Assembly: GCA_016618085.1 (NCBI GenBank)
Contig: JABLTG010000022.1
Coordinates: 62,001 to 126,000 of the forward strand
Reading direction: 5' to 3'
Source of the DNA: Neovahlkampfia damariscottae
Taxonomy: Eukaryota
Length of the DNA stretch: 64,000 nucleotides
Shown here in pieces: positions 24,348-37,681 of the stretch. Both the position numbers and the translations under genes were made by a program. The notes below the pieces were generated by a model. That model was not told where the DNA came from. It saw only the letters and a program-made list of their open reading frames with translations, and did no database searches. Position 1 is the first letter of the stretch; the number at the start of each line of letters is the position of its first letter.

Positions 24348-25882
24348 ATGTCAGAACAAGACAACGAATGGAAAAAACTTTACAAAGAACAAATTGAAAA
24401 AACAAAAGCAATTGAAAAACGATTAGAAGAAACTTTGAAACTACTAGAAGCACAAAATACAAAAAATGAAGATTTAGAAGTTCTATTGAAAAGATATAAA
24501 AAATACGTTCCAAAAGAAAAATTGAAACCAAGATATTCTACAGAGGAAGAAAAAACAATTTCTATAATCCAAAGAAGTTGTAGAAGAAACATTCAATCCA
24601 GAAATTTATTGAATTTAGGTTTTTATTTGTTTCATTAATCGTTTAGTTCAACAATCAAAAAATTCAGAACTTTCAAGTCGACTAAAAGAAAGAAATAATA
24701 TCATAAAAGAGATTTTAAAAACCGAAAGTGATTATGTTAATTCTATAAATCAAATTACCAGTGTTTGAAAATTAATTTTTCACATTTTTCTTTCTTAGTT
24801 ATATTTAAACCCTTTGAAGGATCATAAAAAGAAAATTATCTCAGAAAAAGATATAAAAACTATTTTTACAAACATTGAAGTCATAATTTCGACCCATTCA
24901 ATTTTTCTGATCAGTTTAAAGAACAGGCTGTTGTTTTATCCTGTAAAAAATCTTGGAGGAACATTTTTGGAAAAAATTCCTACATTGGTTGTACATATTA
25001 CATATTGCAATAAATTCAATGAGTCAATGGAAAAAATTAAAGATTTACTTAAAACAAATCCAGAATTTGAAAAATTTTTAAATGAAACAAGAAAAGAAAC
25101 CCAAGGAGGCTTAGATTTGAAAAGTTTATTGATCCAACCAATACAAAGATTACCAAGGTATTCCTTGTTACTTAGGGTAAAGAATAATATTGAATTAAAT
25201 TCATAAAAAAGGACTTAATAGAACAAACCAATGAAAAACATGTCGATTATGCCGATTTGGTGACTGCAAAGAATAAATTAGACAAAATAGTTGAAACCAT
25301 CAACGAAAATAAAAAGAAATATGAAACAGCAAACACAATGCTGAGGTTGAATGAATTCACAGCTGATTTACAATCAGTAAGTTAAAAAAAAATTTAACAC
25401 AAAAGATCATTAAATTAGATATTAGAAATTTTGTTATTGAAGATATTTCTTCAATTAAAGTTATATCAAAAGAAATGAAAACTCAAAAAGATGTTTCCAA
25501 AAGATTCATTTTATTTTTGTTTTCTGACGTTTTGGTGACATTTGAATGCACCAAAAAGGAAAAAGGAATTTGGGCAAAAGTTAATAAACAAATTGGTAAT
25601 AATTCATCTTCAAAAAAAGTTACTCATTTTGATGAGAAATATGATGAATATATTGTTTATTATAATCATTATTATTTGAATGATTGCACAATTGTAAGTT
25701 TTGATTCTCATACCAAAGAGATAGGAATTGAATGTTTACCGAGTGGTCAACAAGACCCAATTTTGATTTTTCTTTCAATTGAAGATGATAAAAGAGGAAA
25801 CAAAAGAGAAGTTTGGCATCGTGAATTGACAAAATTTATTGCTTCTGCTAAAATTAAAAACATGTTTGAAAATAGAAAATAA
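24348..25882 (+). CDS. RhoGEF (coiled coil, IQ-like, DH, PH)
   Basis: EILKTESDYV, IFTNIE, LKSLLIQPIQRLPRYSLLLRDL, LFLFSDVLV; four introns. Confidence 0.92.
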
Positions 25883-25968
25883 ATTGTGAATTTTATTAAT
25901 TACTTTTTAAAAAGACATGTTATTGGTTGTATATTATCCAATCAACAGAATTCCTGCCAAAACTGAAA

Positions 25969-26359
25969 ATGCAAAAAGTACACTTTTTTTCTTTTTGAAG
26001 GGTGTGCAGAAGAAGCTATAAATACATACACTAAGTTATTCCAAGACTCCAAAATTATCAACTTGGTGAAATATGGAAAAGAAGCAGGTGAGTCAGAAGG
26101 AAAAATAATGACTGGTACTTTTCAAATAAAAGGTATTCAAATGATGGCTCATGACTCACCCGTTCATCATGAATTTCCTTTTACTTCAAGAGTCTCTCAA
26201 TTTGTCACGTGCAATGATGAAAAAGAAATTGATAACTACTTTACAGAATTATCAAAGGGTGGAAAGGACCTCATGGATTTAGGAAATCATGGCTTTTCAA
26301 AAAAATTTGCTTGGGTTGATGACAAATTTGGTGTTTCATGGCAATTAAATTTACCTTAA
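25969..26359 (+). CDS. PhnB/VOC (3-demethylubiquinone methyltransferase-like) protein, frameshifted near the start
   Basis: MQKV in one frame; FLFEGCAEEA..DSPVHHEFPFT..FSKKFAWVDDKFGVSWQL in the +1 frame. No intron restores the frame. Confidence 0.75.
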
Positions 26360-26404
26360 ATAAAACCAACGTCGAAATCCATTCTTAATATTTTTCATCC
26401 AATT

Positions 26405-26465
26405 AACATACTTGATGGTACCCTGCAGTTACGATAAATAATTTTGTACTTTCAGTTCTGAAGTT
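26405..26465 (+). ncRNA. Candidate small Sm-class RNA
   Basis: CCAAT at 26399, then about 60 nt ending in AATTTTG (26440-26446) and a short hairpin (26448-26464). Confidence 0.25.
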
Positions 26466-26485
26466 AAAGAAATTTATTCTTGTGA

Positions 26486-27346
26486 TTATTGTTTAGGAAT
26501 TCCAGGGATGAATAAATTTGTTGATGCTTTATATTGCAACCAATCTTCTCGATCACCAAATCTTTGATTATATCTTATTTCAGTTAAACGAACACCAGAT
26601 ACAAATCTCAATAGTACTATTGTCAATAGAGGACTCCCTGAAGAAATCAAAATATTCATCAAATCACCATCAAAGCTACCAACAGCACTGAGAAAAATAC
26701 CAATCCATAATAATATTTCTCCAAAATAATTTGGATATCTCGAGTATCTCCACAATCCAGTGTTCAAAACTTTCGATTTATTTTCAGGATTCAAATTGAA
26801 GTTGTATTTTTGTTGGTCGGAAATAGCTTCCCATAAAAATCCAAAAACCTTTGAAATATGTTAGATATTTAATAGAGATGTACCCAAAAACTCCAACCAA
26901 TGAGATCTAAAATTGAAATTGGAACATCAATTTGTTGATGATTCATCAAAGTCACTGGAAGAGAAACAACCCAAACCCAAATCATTTGTATGATGAAAAA
27001 TATTAAAAATCGTATTGGATTGATTCTAATTTTATCAAATCTTTCATCTCTTCCTCTTTTTAAAACCCTAATAAACAAAAATAATGCTAAACGAACACCC
27101 CAGATGAGTACCATTGTGGTAATGATAATTTGTCTTTTAAAGTACGTATTTCTTGAAATTATTCCAAAAATGGCGAGTAAAATAAAATTAGATCTTGTTT
27201 GTGTGAAAAAAAATAATTTCGAACCCTCCTGAAAAATCGGTGATGGTATCAAATTGAAAAGATACAGCTATGGAATATGTAACAAGTTGTATGAATACTG
27301 TTATAACAGCAGTTGACCATAGTGGCTCAGTTTCAAAAGAAAACAT
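26486..27346 (-). CDS. DUF1295 / steroid 5-alpha-reductase-family membrane protein
   Basis: TDFSGGSNF, WGVRLALFLFIRV..DERFD, WVWVVSLP, GLWRYSRYPNYFGE; two introns. Confidence 0.9.
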
Positions 27347-27512
27347 TATTTTTCCGAAAAAATCCGATTGGAGAAATAAAAACCTAACAGTTCTAATCTC
27401 ATTGTAAATTTTTTTTCTCAATAATAAAAAGAAGAACTGCTTTTAGATTGGAAAATTCCAACCAATTACAAACAAAGAAAATCCACAAATCAATCGTCAG
27501 TCAATCAACTTG

Positions 27513-30500
27513 ATGAGTTTAAAATTTTTTTTTACATTCATTTTATTTTCTTTTTCTATTGGAATTGAAAAGGATCTAAAAGGATGTGGCGATAACTGGG
27601 TTTTTAAAAAAATTAACTAATTAACTTTACGAATAGCTTTCTGAGCTTCTTGGAGACGGACAATCAGGAGTGTACAATAAATTTTACATTATGCAAAACA
27701 TAACACACAAAGGAGTGAACCAAATATCCACAGGTTATGACCATACTTTTATTTTAAAAACAGACGAAAAAGTGTATTCTCATGGCTACGGAAATGTTGG
27801 AAAAAAAATAATTAATCAATAGTACGGAGTATTAGGATTAGGAGATCAAAATAACAGATATGAACCAACTTTAATTCCAAATCTCCAAAACGTTACTCAA
27901 ATCACATCTTCATATCAAGGAAGTTTTTGTTTGACGATAAATGGTGAAGTTTATTCATTTGGAAGAAACTTTAAAGGTGAACTTGGTGTAGGAAGTAACA
28001 TTCAACAAATCACTCCAAAACAGATGATTTTACCTTCAAAGTACATTAAAAAGGTTTCAGCAGGTGGTTTTTTTTCAATCGTTTTAGGATTGAATGGTGT
28101 GCTTTATTCAACAGGTGACAATACAGTAAACAAAAAAAAATCATTCATTTTCTTGTTAAGAATGGCCAATTAGGTGTTGGTGACAAAAATGAGAGACATG
28201 TTCCAGTGAATGCCTCATTATCCAATGTAGTTGATATATTTACAGGTTTTACACATTCACATGCAATTGATTCAATGAGTAACGTTTATGCATTTGGAGG
28301 AAATATTTATGGACAACTAGGAATTGGAACTAATGTTGATAGTTCAATTCCAGTTTTATTGAACATAAAAAATGTATCAACAATTGCATCCGGTGCTTAT
28401 CATACAATTCTGCTGAAGAAAGATGGGTCAGTGTTCGTCACTGGAAATTCAGGTGTAAGAAAATGATTTGATTGTTAATGGAATTTTCAGGATGGACAAT
28501 TAGGACTTGGTGATTTAATTTCAAAAAATCAATTCACACAACATCTTAGTTTGATTAATATTGAAACAATATCTGGACATCTTTTTCATTCTGTTGTTAT
28601 TTCACAAGAAAAAAAAGTTTATGCATTTGGATCTAATTTGGTAACATTTGTTTGAAGTTTGACATGTTTGTAGTATGGTCAATGTGGACAAAACCCATCA
28701 GTATCAAGTAGAATTTTAAACCCAACTCAAGTTTCTATTGCAAATAATGTTTTTTCAATTGAAAGTTCACATTCATATCGTTCTTTTTTTTTGATGTGTC
28801 CAGAGAAATGCTTCAAAAATGGGAAATGTTCTCGAAATGACCCTACGACTTGTATTTGTAATGATGGTTATTTTGGTGAGTTTTGTGATGAAATGAAATG
28901 CTCATTGAATTCTACTACAGTTTGTAGCGTCACTGGAGGTAAATGTGTGAATGAAACTTGTAATTGTAAAGATGGTTTTGCAGGAACAGATTGCAAGTCA
29001 TTTTTTTGCAATGGGATATTTCAAAATGATACAAAAGTATGCTCAGGAAACGGAGTTTGTGTAAATCCCAATCAATGTGCTTGTTTCAATGGGCACACTG
29101 GAACAAATTGTGAGTACCCAACCTGTTTTGCAATATCTTCAATTGATCCAACTGTTTGCTCTTCAAATGGGAATTGTACATCTCCAAATAATTGTACTTG
29201 CAAAGAAAACTATTTTGGAAATAATTGCGAAATTCCAATCTGCTTTGGAATCAAAGGAAATGATCCAAATGTTTGTTCAAGAAATGGAACGTGCACAACT
29301 CCAAACAAATGTTCATGTCTCACCAATTACGTCGGAAATCAATGTGAATTTCCAGTTTGTTTTGGTAGGAATAGCACTGATCCCACATCTTGCAACAATG
29401 GTACTTGCATTGCTGGAAATAAATGCAGTTGTTATGAAAATTTTAAAGGTGAACATTGTGATACTTTTACATGTTATGGAATTGACAACACTGATCCAAC
29501 AGTTTGCTCAGCACGTGGTTTTTGTACTTCTCATGATATTTGTCAATGTTTTGATCAATACTCTGGTGAAATGTGCAATGAAACTATTTGCTCTGGAATT
29601 CCTTCAAGAGACCCTAATGTTTGCTTGGGAAGAGGAAAATGTGTAAGTTATGATTCTTGCGTTTGTCATTCAAATGGTTTCACAGGTAATAATTGTCAAT
29701 TTTTTGCTTGCAATGGAATAAATTCAACAAATCCAAGTGTTTGTTCTGGAAGAGGAGTTTGTATTAATTCAAATACATGTGTCAACTGTAAGTCATCAAC
29801 AGGACATTTTTGTGAAATACCATTATGTCAAGGTCTACTTCCAAACAACTCAAATGTTTGTTCAAGAAATGGTCAATGTGTCTCACCAAATTCATGCATT
29901 TGTTCATCAAAATATCAAGGTGATAATTGTGAATTTCCAAATTGTTTTGGTTATTTCTCGAATGAAACTCAAGTGTGTTCGGGGAATGGAACTTGTATAT
30001 CAGTTGATCAATGTAATTGCACACAACAGTACTCAGGATCTACATGTTCAATACCAATTTGTAATTCAATTGCGGCAACGGAATCTAATGTTTGTTCTGG
30101 ACAAGGGAGATGTATGTCACCAAATAAATGCACTTGCAACAGATATTACACAGGAAAGTTTTGCGAAATCAATGATGTTTTAGCACGACCAGAAATTTTA
30201 TATGTATTTGGATTTGGTATTCCCATAACTACCACGATTATTTTAGGAGCAGCAATTGGTATGATTGTTATCCCACTTATTTCTTATTTCATTTTAAAAC
30301 AACCTTACGAAGAGTGGAAAAAAGAAAAAGAAATGATCCAATTAGCAAAGGAAGACGAAAATTCAAGAATCGAAACTGTTGAAGTGAGATCAATACCACC
30401 AAGTGTTCCTCCTATTATGTCTCCAAGAGTCACAATGTATGGTCAAGCAATGAAAAAAGCATTGATGAATTCTCATCCCCAAGAAATTGAATTGATTGAA

Positions 30501-30725
30501 ACTCCAGTTTATGAGAATGAAGAATTTGTTGAAATTACACTCCCACAAGTGGATGATGATATTGAAAAAGAAGAATTACCAAAAGATTATATTTACGAAA
30601 TTGGTGATCGATTGAAATTTATTGAAGAATTGGATGAAAATTCAATTGAAAAAAAAGAAGAGAAATTAAAAATTGAGGAAATTGAGGAAGATACAGAAAT
30701 TAAAGAATTCACTTTTTTAATATAA
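27513..30725 (+). CDS. Type I membrane protein: signal peptide, RCC1 propeller, many EGF-like repeats, TM helix, acidic tail
   Basis: GxNxxGQLG repeats with five phase-0 introns; repeated VCSGNGxCxxPNxCxC; hydrophobic TM segment near 30200-30290. Confidence 0.88.
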
Positions 30726-30800
30726 AATGATTGGTAATTCTTTTTCTTCCAATAAAAGTTTGTGTTATACCCAAAAAATTAATTTTCCGTTAAAAAAAAT

Positions 30801-32262
30801 TTATTGTTTTTTTGCTTCAACGATTTTTCTCAAAGATTCAAAAGTTTCACTTTTTGGTCTTTCAATTGGAAATCCAAGAGCTCTATCCCAAGTTAATGAA
30901 GCCAAAACACCTAATGATCTTGAAACACCAAACATTACAGTATAAAAATCTTGTTCAACAATTCCAACATTTTGTAATAAACAACCTGAATGTGAGTCAA
31001 CATTTGGCCATGGATTTTTTGTTTTTCCATGTTTTGTAAGAATATCAGGAATAATTTCATAAAGGTTTGAAACTAATTTGAAGAGAGGATCATTTGGACA
31101 ATGTTTCAAAGCAAATTCTCTTTGACATGTATATCTTGGATCTGTTTTTCTTAAAACTGCATGTCCATAACCTGGAACAACTCTACCTGAATTTAAAAGA
31201 TCCCAAATTAAAGTAGTGAGATTTTCTTTGTTTGCTTCTTTTCCTTTCAAATCTTTTTGTAATTCAAGTAAAAAGTCTAATACTTCTTGTGTAGCTAAAC
31301 CATGAAGTGGACCTGCTAAACCATTCATACCAGCAGAGAAGGAGAGATATGGGTCACTTAAAGCTGAACCAACTAAATGTGTAGCATGAGCAGAAACATT
31401 ACCACCTTCATGATCTGAGTGGATAGTCATATATAAACGGAATAATTCATCAATTTTATCACTTTGTTCAAGACCCATTAAATTTCTCATATTAGCACTC
31501 CAATCTAAAGTTTTGTCTGATTCAAGAATTGGTTTTTCACCTTTTCTATAAAGATTTCTATAAATAAGAGCAGCAATTTTTGGTAAACGAGCAACTAAGT
31601 TTAAAGTATCTTCTAAAACTGGTTCCCAGTATTTAGCTTTATGAATTCCTTCATCATATGCTTTTGCAAAAACTGATTCTTGTTGAAGTGCTAAAACAGC
31701 CATTGAAAATTGAGTCATTGGATGAATTCTTTTTTATAAATTTTTTAGTTAAAATTAATACTTACTTTGGTGATAAGTTCAAAATAGTTTGAACAACGTT
31801 TTCTGGAATATCACTTCTTGAGTGTAAATCTTGTGTTAAATCGTCAACTTGTTGTTTTGTTGGTAATTCACCTGTTAAAAGAAGCCACAACATACCTTCT
31901 GCTAAAGGTTCTTCAATTCTATTTGGAAGTAATTCTTGACACTGTGGAATTGAATATCCTCTTTAAAAAGTTAGGTTAAAAAAAAAAAAACTACTTTTTT
32001 ACCTGAATCTAATACCTTCTTCTGCGTCAAGTAATGAAGTTTCTGTTACAAGACCTTTAATTCCACGCATTCCTTTGAATGCCATATCAACTGTTGATTC
32101 AGTAATTACAACATTTCCATATTTCTCACGAAGTTCTTTTGCTTCTTGTTGTTTAACTGGAATCTTATCAGATAAAATTTTTTTCAATTCAGTTGTGTAA
32201 TACTTTGGTTTTTGTACTTGTTGGAATTTAGCAACTCTCTTTATACTTTTCACTGAAAACAT
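30801..32262 (-). CDS. CS: Mitochondrial citrate synthase
   Basis: [50 protein letters not shown]; two introns. Confidence 0.97.
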
Positions 32263-32458
32263 TTGAAGAAGTAATGTTATTGGTTCACGAAAATGAATGA
32301 AAATAATTGGTTTATTTTGACTCAACAATTTTTTTGAAGTAAACTTCCTATTTTAAAAAACTCCTGAGTGGACCCCTTATAGAATTACTGACTCGGATAA
32401 TCTAAAATGGTTAATTTGAACAAGATGAAACTTAAAAAAATGGAATAAAAAAATTTCT

Positions 32459-33243
32459 TTATAAAAGATCAGTATTGGACTTCATCCACTCTTTCATAGG
32501 ATCCATTTCTTTGGCAGGAACTAAATCAAAGTTGACAGCAAACTTTTTTGAAAAATTTAAAAAAAAATGCGAAAAATTTACATAAACAAAATGTTTGAAG
32601 TTTGAGTTAATATGAGCTTCAATACCATTTGCTTCAATTTCTTTCCAGTGATTCTTCATCATATGAGCATAAATTCTGAACATCCTTTAAAAAAGTGAAA
32701 AAATTAAATTTTCGAACCACTTGAACATTTTTTTAACATTTTTTGAATAATCTTTTGGATAAGGAGTATTGACATCTGAAGGAAATGTATCAACAAAAGA
32801 ACCAATTTTTTCTAAAGAAAGTAAAATGTAAGTATCAGCAGGAAGTTCTTTCGCAGTTTTGAATTCTTTTTTTGATTCATCTTTCCATAAATAAGTAAAG
32901 TCTTTTCCACAACTCATAATAGGACAACTTTTTAAAAAAACTAAAAAAAAAAAAAAACCGTTACGTGTCTTTGTTACATTTTTGAATACAAGAAAAAAGA
33001 CGATTGACAATATTATAAAAATCAATAGTATGAACAGCAATCCATTCATCCTTGTTTTCACCTTTTGGTAATTTTACAAGTTTTGCATAATCAGCAGAAA
33101 TACCAAGTGATTGTTGTGAAGCTAAATGAAGTTTGTATCTAATTGTATTTTCTTTATGTTTTTTGATAGGTTTGATTGTACTCACTTGTCTTTAAAGAAT
33201 TTAACTCTTTTTTTTTTTTTGTCGGTTACTTGAATAAATTCAT
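32459..33243 (-). CDS. MOB kinase activator (MOB1-like)
   Basis: VKLPKGENKDEWIAVHTIDFYN, TCPIMS, MFRIYAH, AHINSNFKHF; four introns. Confidence 0.92.
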
Positions 33244-33329
33244 TTTGGTGGCAGAGAGTATCGATTTCTGATTGGTGATAATTTCTGATTGGATCGAAGT
33301 GAAAGGTAAAATAAAAATAAAATAAATTT

Positions 33330-34465
33330 TTATTTTGGAAGTGTTGACTGTTTATCTTTTATAGCTTTATTATTTTCTTGTTGTTTTAAACTTCCATATA
33401 AAAAACTACCACCAATACATAAAATAATACCAAAAACTTTCATAAAAGTAGATGCTTCATTTAAAAACATAATAGCTAATAAAGTTTGTGTACATGCTTT
33501 CGCGGTCCCTGAAATACTATTGGTCAATGGACTTGTATATTTAATTTGAAGATAGACAGCGATATTAATCAACCAACCTAAAAATGCTGTAATAGACATG
33601 TTCATAATAAAAGTTGGATTGAAAAGAAAATCAACTTTTTTTACACCATCATATTCAAAAAATAAAGCTAATGGTCCTAAAATAAATAATGATAAAACAT
33701 TGTTATAAAGAGAAAGTAACCATTGATCTCCATTCAAAACATCTTTTAAATATTTTTTGACATAAATTGAATTCAAAGCAACAAAAGCAGATGCTAATAA
33801 ACCAAAAATCACACCAATTAAGAATTGTGCATTTACATCAATCACTTGAACTTCACCAATATTTCCTAAAACATATCCAAGAATAACAACACCACATGCT
33901 CCAATACATTGTAATGAAGTTGGAACACCCATAATTATATAACTAAATATGATACTAAAAACAATAGTAAGTGATCTTGCGACTTGATAAAATGAAATTC
34001 CGACAAATTTAAGAGTAACATTATTGAAGCCGACCATACCAACAAAAATTAAAGAAAGTGGAAGTAATCTAACTGCTTTTTCAATTGAAAATTCTAAATC
34101 AGGTAAAAATGAAAGGTATTGTGTTTTTCTGAAGTTTAAAAAAAAAAAACTCGTACTTGTTCATAGGGTATATTAAAACACAGCATAATGTTGCAACTAA
34201 AAGCTGGTACCATGTCATTGTTAACGGGTATGGAAATTTATGTTTTTCATTAGACATTAAAAATTTGTTCATAAAAACGATCGCAATTGATATAACAAAA
34301 TAAAATGAAACAACACCAAGAATTATCCTTTTTTTTTTGTTAATATGAGAAAACAGAATTTTACATATTCTCTTTAGTTATCATTGTTTTTTCTTTTTGG
34401 TTGTCATCAAAAGCTTCAAGTTCAATTTTAATTTCTTTGTCTTCAGGTTTGGTTGTGTCGGACAT
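33330..34465 (-). CDS. GDP-fucose transporter-like (SLC35C1 family)
   Basis: FNNVTLKFVGISFYQVARSLT, QIKYTSPLTNSISGTAKACTQT; two introns. Confidence 0.88.
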
Positions 34466-34534
34466 TTTTTTTTTGTTGACCAATAAAACGACAGATGTGT
34501 AAAATTGAACGTTGAAAAAGATAAATTTTTTTTT

Positions 34535-35902
34535 TTATTTGAATTTTTTTTTCATTGCACATTTTTGAATATTGCTATAACAATTAGTTGATGAGAAATA
34601 TTCAGGTTTGGTGCATCTTTGTCTTTTTTGGGATTCTTCGAAATTATGCATCCACTTTGATCCTTCATTATGATACACTTTTTTATTTTCAAGTTTAATC
34701 AATAAACTTTGTAAGTCTTGAATTAAGAGTTTTGAAAATTCATCATTTTTTGAATTTGAACATTCGATTTTTGCAATCATTTTTTTCAAAGTAAATCTTG
34801 CTTCATCAAGAGATCCCTTATCCGCCAATCCTCTGGATATCTCTAATGCCTTTGTTGTTTCAATTCTATTTCTTTGTTGGTCTAATAATCGATTTGGTTC
34901 ATTTGGAATTGAACATTTAATTGGTCTCTTAATAAAACCTTCAATTTGAACTTTTTGCAATGTTCTATCAATTACATTGTAATAAGATAGTACTAGTTCT
35001 ATGACTTGAAAGTTAAAATCTTGGAAAAATGATCTTGGTATTTTTATAATGAAAATTAAATCCCTTGTTTCTTCTGAATAGATATCACCAAGCTGCAATA
35101 GACAATATCTGTTATCATCACTTATTTTTGATTTATATGATGAAAGACTTGATAGAATTTGAAAACTTTCTCTTACTTTAATGCTAACTTTAATATTTTG
35201 TGCCACAATTGATAATAAACCTCCTAAGCAATCAGCGAATGATGTTGGAATTTCATCTTCTTTTCCAACGTAATAATAAAGACCTGATGATGCTTTGGAT
35301 ATCTTTTGAAGCATATCTGGATCATGATCAACTCCAAAACCGAATGTATAGATTGGAACTTCATTTTTGAAACTTTGGCCAAAACTTTCAACAGATGAAA
35401 CCAATTCAGTTGTTTTTGTGACACCATGATTTGCTAATCCATCTGTAAAAAGTAAAATAGATGAAACTTCTGATGGATTCTTTCTGTTTTGAAGAATATC
35501 ATACGCTTCAAAAAGACCACCTGATAAATTTGTAGCTGTGCCAGGTTCAATAGATTGTATAACTTTTTTAGCTATTTTTTTTCCTGTTTCATCCATTGAA
35601 CAAATTTCTAAATCAGTTGAAACAAAGGTATCAAAAGTAATAATGGAGAGCTTGTCGTTTGAATTTAATTGCTCAACCATGAAGTTTAAAGATGATTTTA
35701 CAAGTTTTAATTTTTCTCCTTCCATTGATCCTGACTTATCAATGACGCAAACTAGGTCAATAGCTGCCCTTTTTTGTTCAGTGTTGTATGTGGGTGCTTT
35801 TAGTGTTGTCATGACGAATAAATCCATACTTTCATTCATCTGTACTTGGTCATATTCAAATGTTATAGTTGGTGATATTTCGTTTTGCACTTTTATCTTC
35901 AT
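34535..35902 (-). CDS. vWA-domain protein
   Basis: MIDAS DKSGS, TNLSGGL, LLFTDGLAN, FGFGVDHD. Confidence 0.88.
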   Translation of the reverse strand: MKIKVQNEISPTITFEYDQVQMNESMDLFVMTTLKAPTYNTEQKRAAIDLVCVIDKSGSMEGEKLKLVKSSLNFMVEQLNSNDKLSIITFDTFVSTDLEICSMDETGKKIAKKVIQSIEPGTATNLSGGLFEAYDILQNRKNPSEVSSILLFTDGLANHGVTKTTELVSSVESFGQSFKNEVPIYTFGFGVDHDPDMLQKISKASSGLYYYVGKEDEIPTSFADCLGGLLSIVAQNIKVSIKVRESFQILSSLSSYKSKISDDNRYCLLQLGDIYSEETRDLIFIIKIPRSFFQDFNFQVIELVLSYYNVIDRTLQKVQIEGFIKRPIKCSIPNEPNRLLDQQRNRIETTKALEISRGLADKGSLDEARFTLKKMIAKIECSNSKNDEFSKLLIQDLQSLLIKLENKKVYHNEGSKWMHNFEESQKRQRCTKPEYFSSTNCYSNIQKCAMKKKFK

Positions 35903-36041
35903 GTTGTTTTGTTGGAAATACAATTTTCATTGGTGGTTAAAAAAAGAAAAAGTCTAAAAATAACACCCTCAGGAATTGGATTATTCTGTTATATAATAAA
36001 TTTAAGTTGTATTCTTAATAGTCTAGAAATTGTCCAATGAA

Positions 36042-37669
36042 ATGAAGTTTATGAAGAGGATAAAACAGCTTCAAACGAAGCAGAGTTTTCAAAAGTTTTC
36101 CACTATTTTTCCAGAGTTCCGAAATCAAATCAAAAAAATTGAAGAAATTGAAAAAAATCATCATGAATTCCATCCTTCATTGATAAAACCACTCATGGAT
36201 CAATCATACTATTTGAATAACGTTGAAAACCCAAACCAAGTAAAATATTATTTAGAATGGGCAATAAAAATATTTGAAAAAAATGAAATCAAAATAGAAG
36301 GAGGACATTCTATTGAATATTGTCTTCAATCTTTGAGTCTCATTGAAGGACAATTGAATAATATACAAGGATGTCTTGCTTTAATAAAATATACACAAAG
36401 ACTCATAGATGAAAATGAAAATAGATATCATGAACATTATAAAATCATTGCTTTAAAAAATCACATTGGAATGTTCAAATATTGTCAAAATGTACATGAT
36501 TTAGTTGTTCACATAAAAAAAAATATTTTCAAAAAAGACATCAAATTATTTCGTTTAGAGGATGAAAATCTATTTGATTTCTTTTTAGGTTTGTTAAAAT
36601 TCAATTAAATCTGTTTTAACAAGGTGAATTACTTTTCAAATGTTTGACCATTTTGTATTGTGGATATTTGATTGAATCTCATGATTTAATTCAAAGAATA
36701 TTGAATAGATTTAAATATTTAACACAAAAAGAGAATGTTGAATTGATTGAAATTTCTAATTTCTATATATCTGGTTGGTTTTTTTATTATCAAGGTATTT
36801 GGAATGAAAGTTTACTTCAATTTAATTCAATGCTTCAAAAACAAAATATTGATTGTTATATGATGATTGAATCATTACACTTGATACATGATATTTATTA
36901 TCAAAGAGATTCGTTGAATTTATTTCTTGAAAAAATTCAACAATGGAAACAAGATACAAAATCGAATGACAAATTTAGACTCTCAATTTTTACACTTTTT
37001 CAAGTTTTTTTGAATCCAAATGAGTTATTAGATAATAATTCAGAAATGAAATTGTACAAAGATCATTTTGAAAAATTGAAAAATGAAGGTTATTCACCAA
37101 GAATTCAATATGAAACTTTTATGTTTGAAAATATTTCAAAAATGTTTTATGCAATTGAATTGTTAAATAATTTTGAGGAAGAATTTAATTTTTCAAAATC
37201 TTGGGAAATCTTTTCAAAATTGATTGATGAATTTCATAAAAATGGATTTTATTTCTTTGCAGGAAAACTTTTAATCATGTTAACACAAAAGATATTCATG
37301 CCCAATAGAATGTTTTTGTTGGCACAAGAAACAATAAATCAATCAGTAAATACTGTTAATGAATATAATCAAGCAGAAATTCCAGAAAATCATTTTTTCA
37401 ATGCTTATGCTTATTTCTTGGAAGGTATGATGTATAAACAAAAAAATGATTTAGATAGAGCATTTGTATCATTTATAGAAGCTGAAGGACATGCTAGAAA
37501 AGTATCTCATTCAAATCCAATTTTAATTCACATCTATTCAAATTGGATTCCAATTTTGAATGAATCAAAAGTTGAAATTGAATCAAAGAAGAAATTTCAA
37601 AAAAAATTAAAAGAATTAACAAAAATTTTAGAAATCAAAACGTTAAAAAAACCATCAATTATGTTATAA
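36042..37669 (+). CDS. Helical-repeat (TPR-like) protein, possibly mitochondrial
   Basis: Two ORFs joined by one GT-AG intron; basic N-terminus; TPR-like AYFLEGMMYKQKNDLDRAFVSF. Confidence 0.55.
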
Positions 37670-37681
37670 AAAAATATACAA

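Noticed and set aside
25978..26000. 23-nt GT-AG intron rescuing the PhnB frame
   Set aside because: Splicing it gives the wrong frame and removes the conserved FxFEG residues.
28791..30180. Regularly spaced repeats as a CRISPR array or mobile element
   Set aside because: They are coding EGF-like repeats that diverge at synonymous positions.
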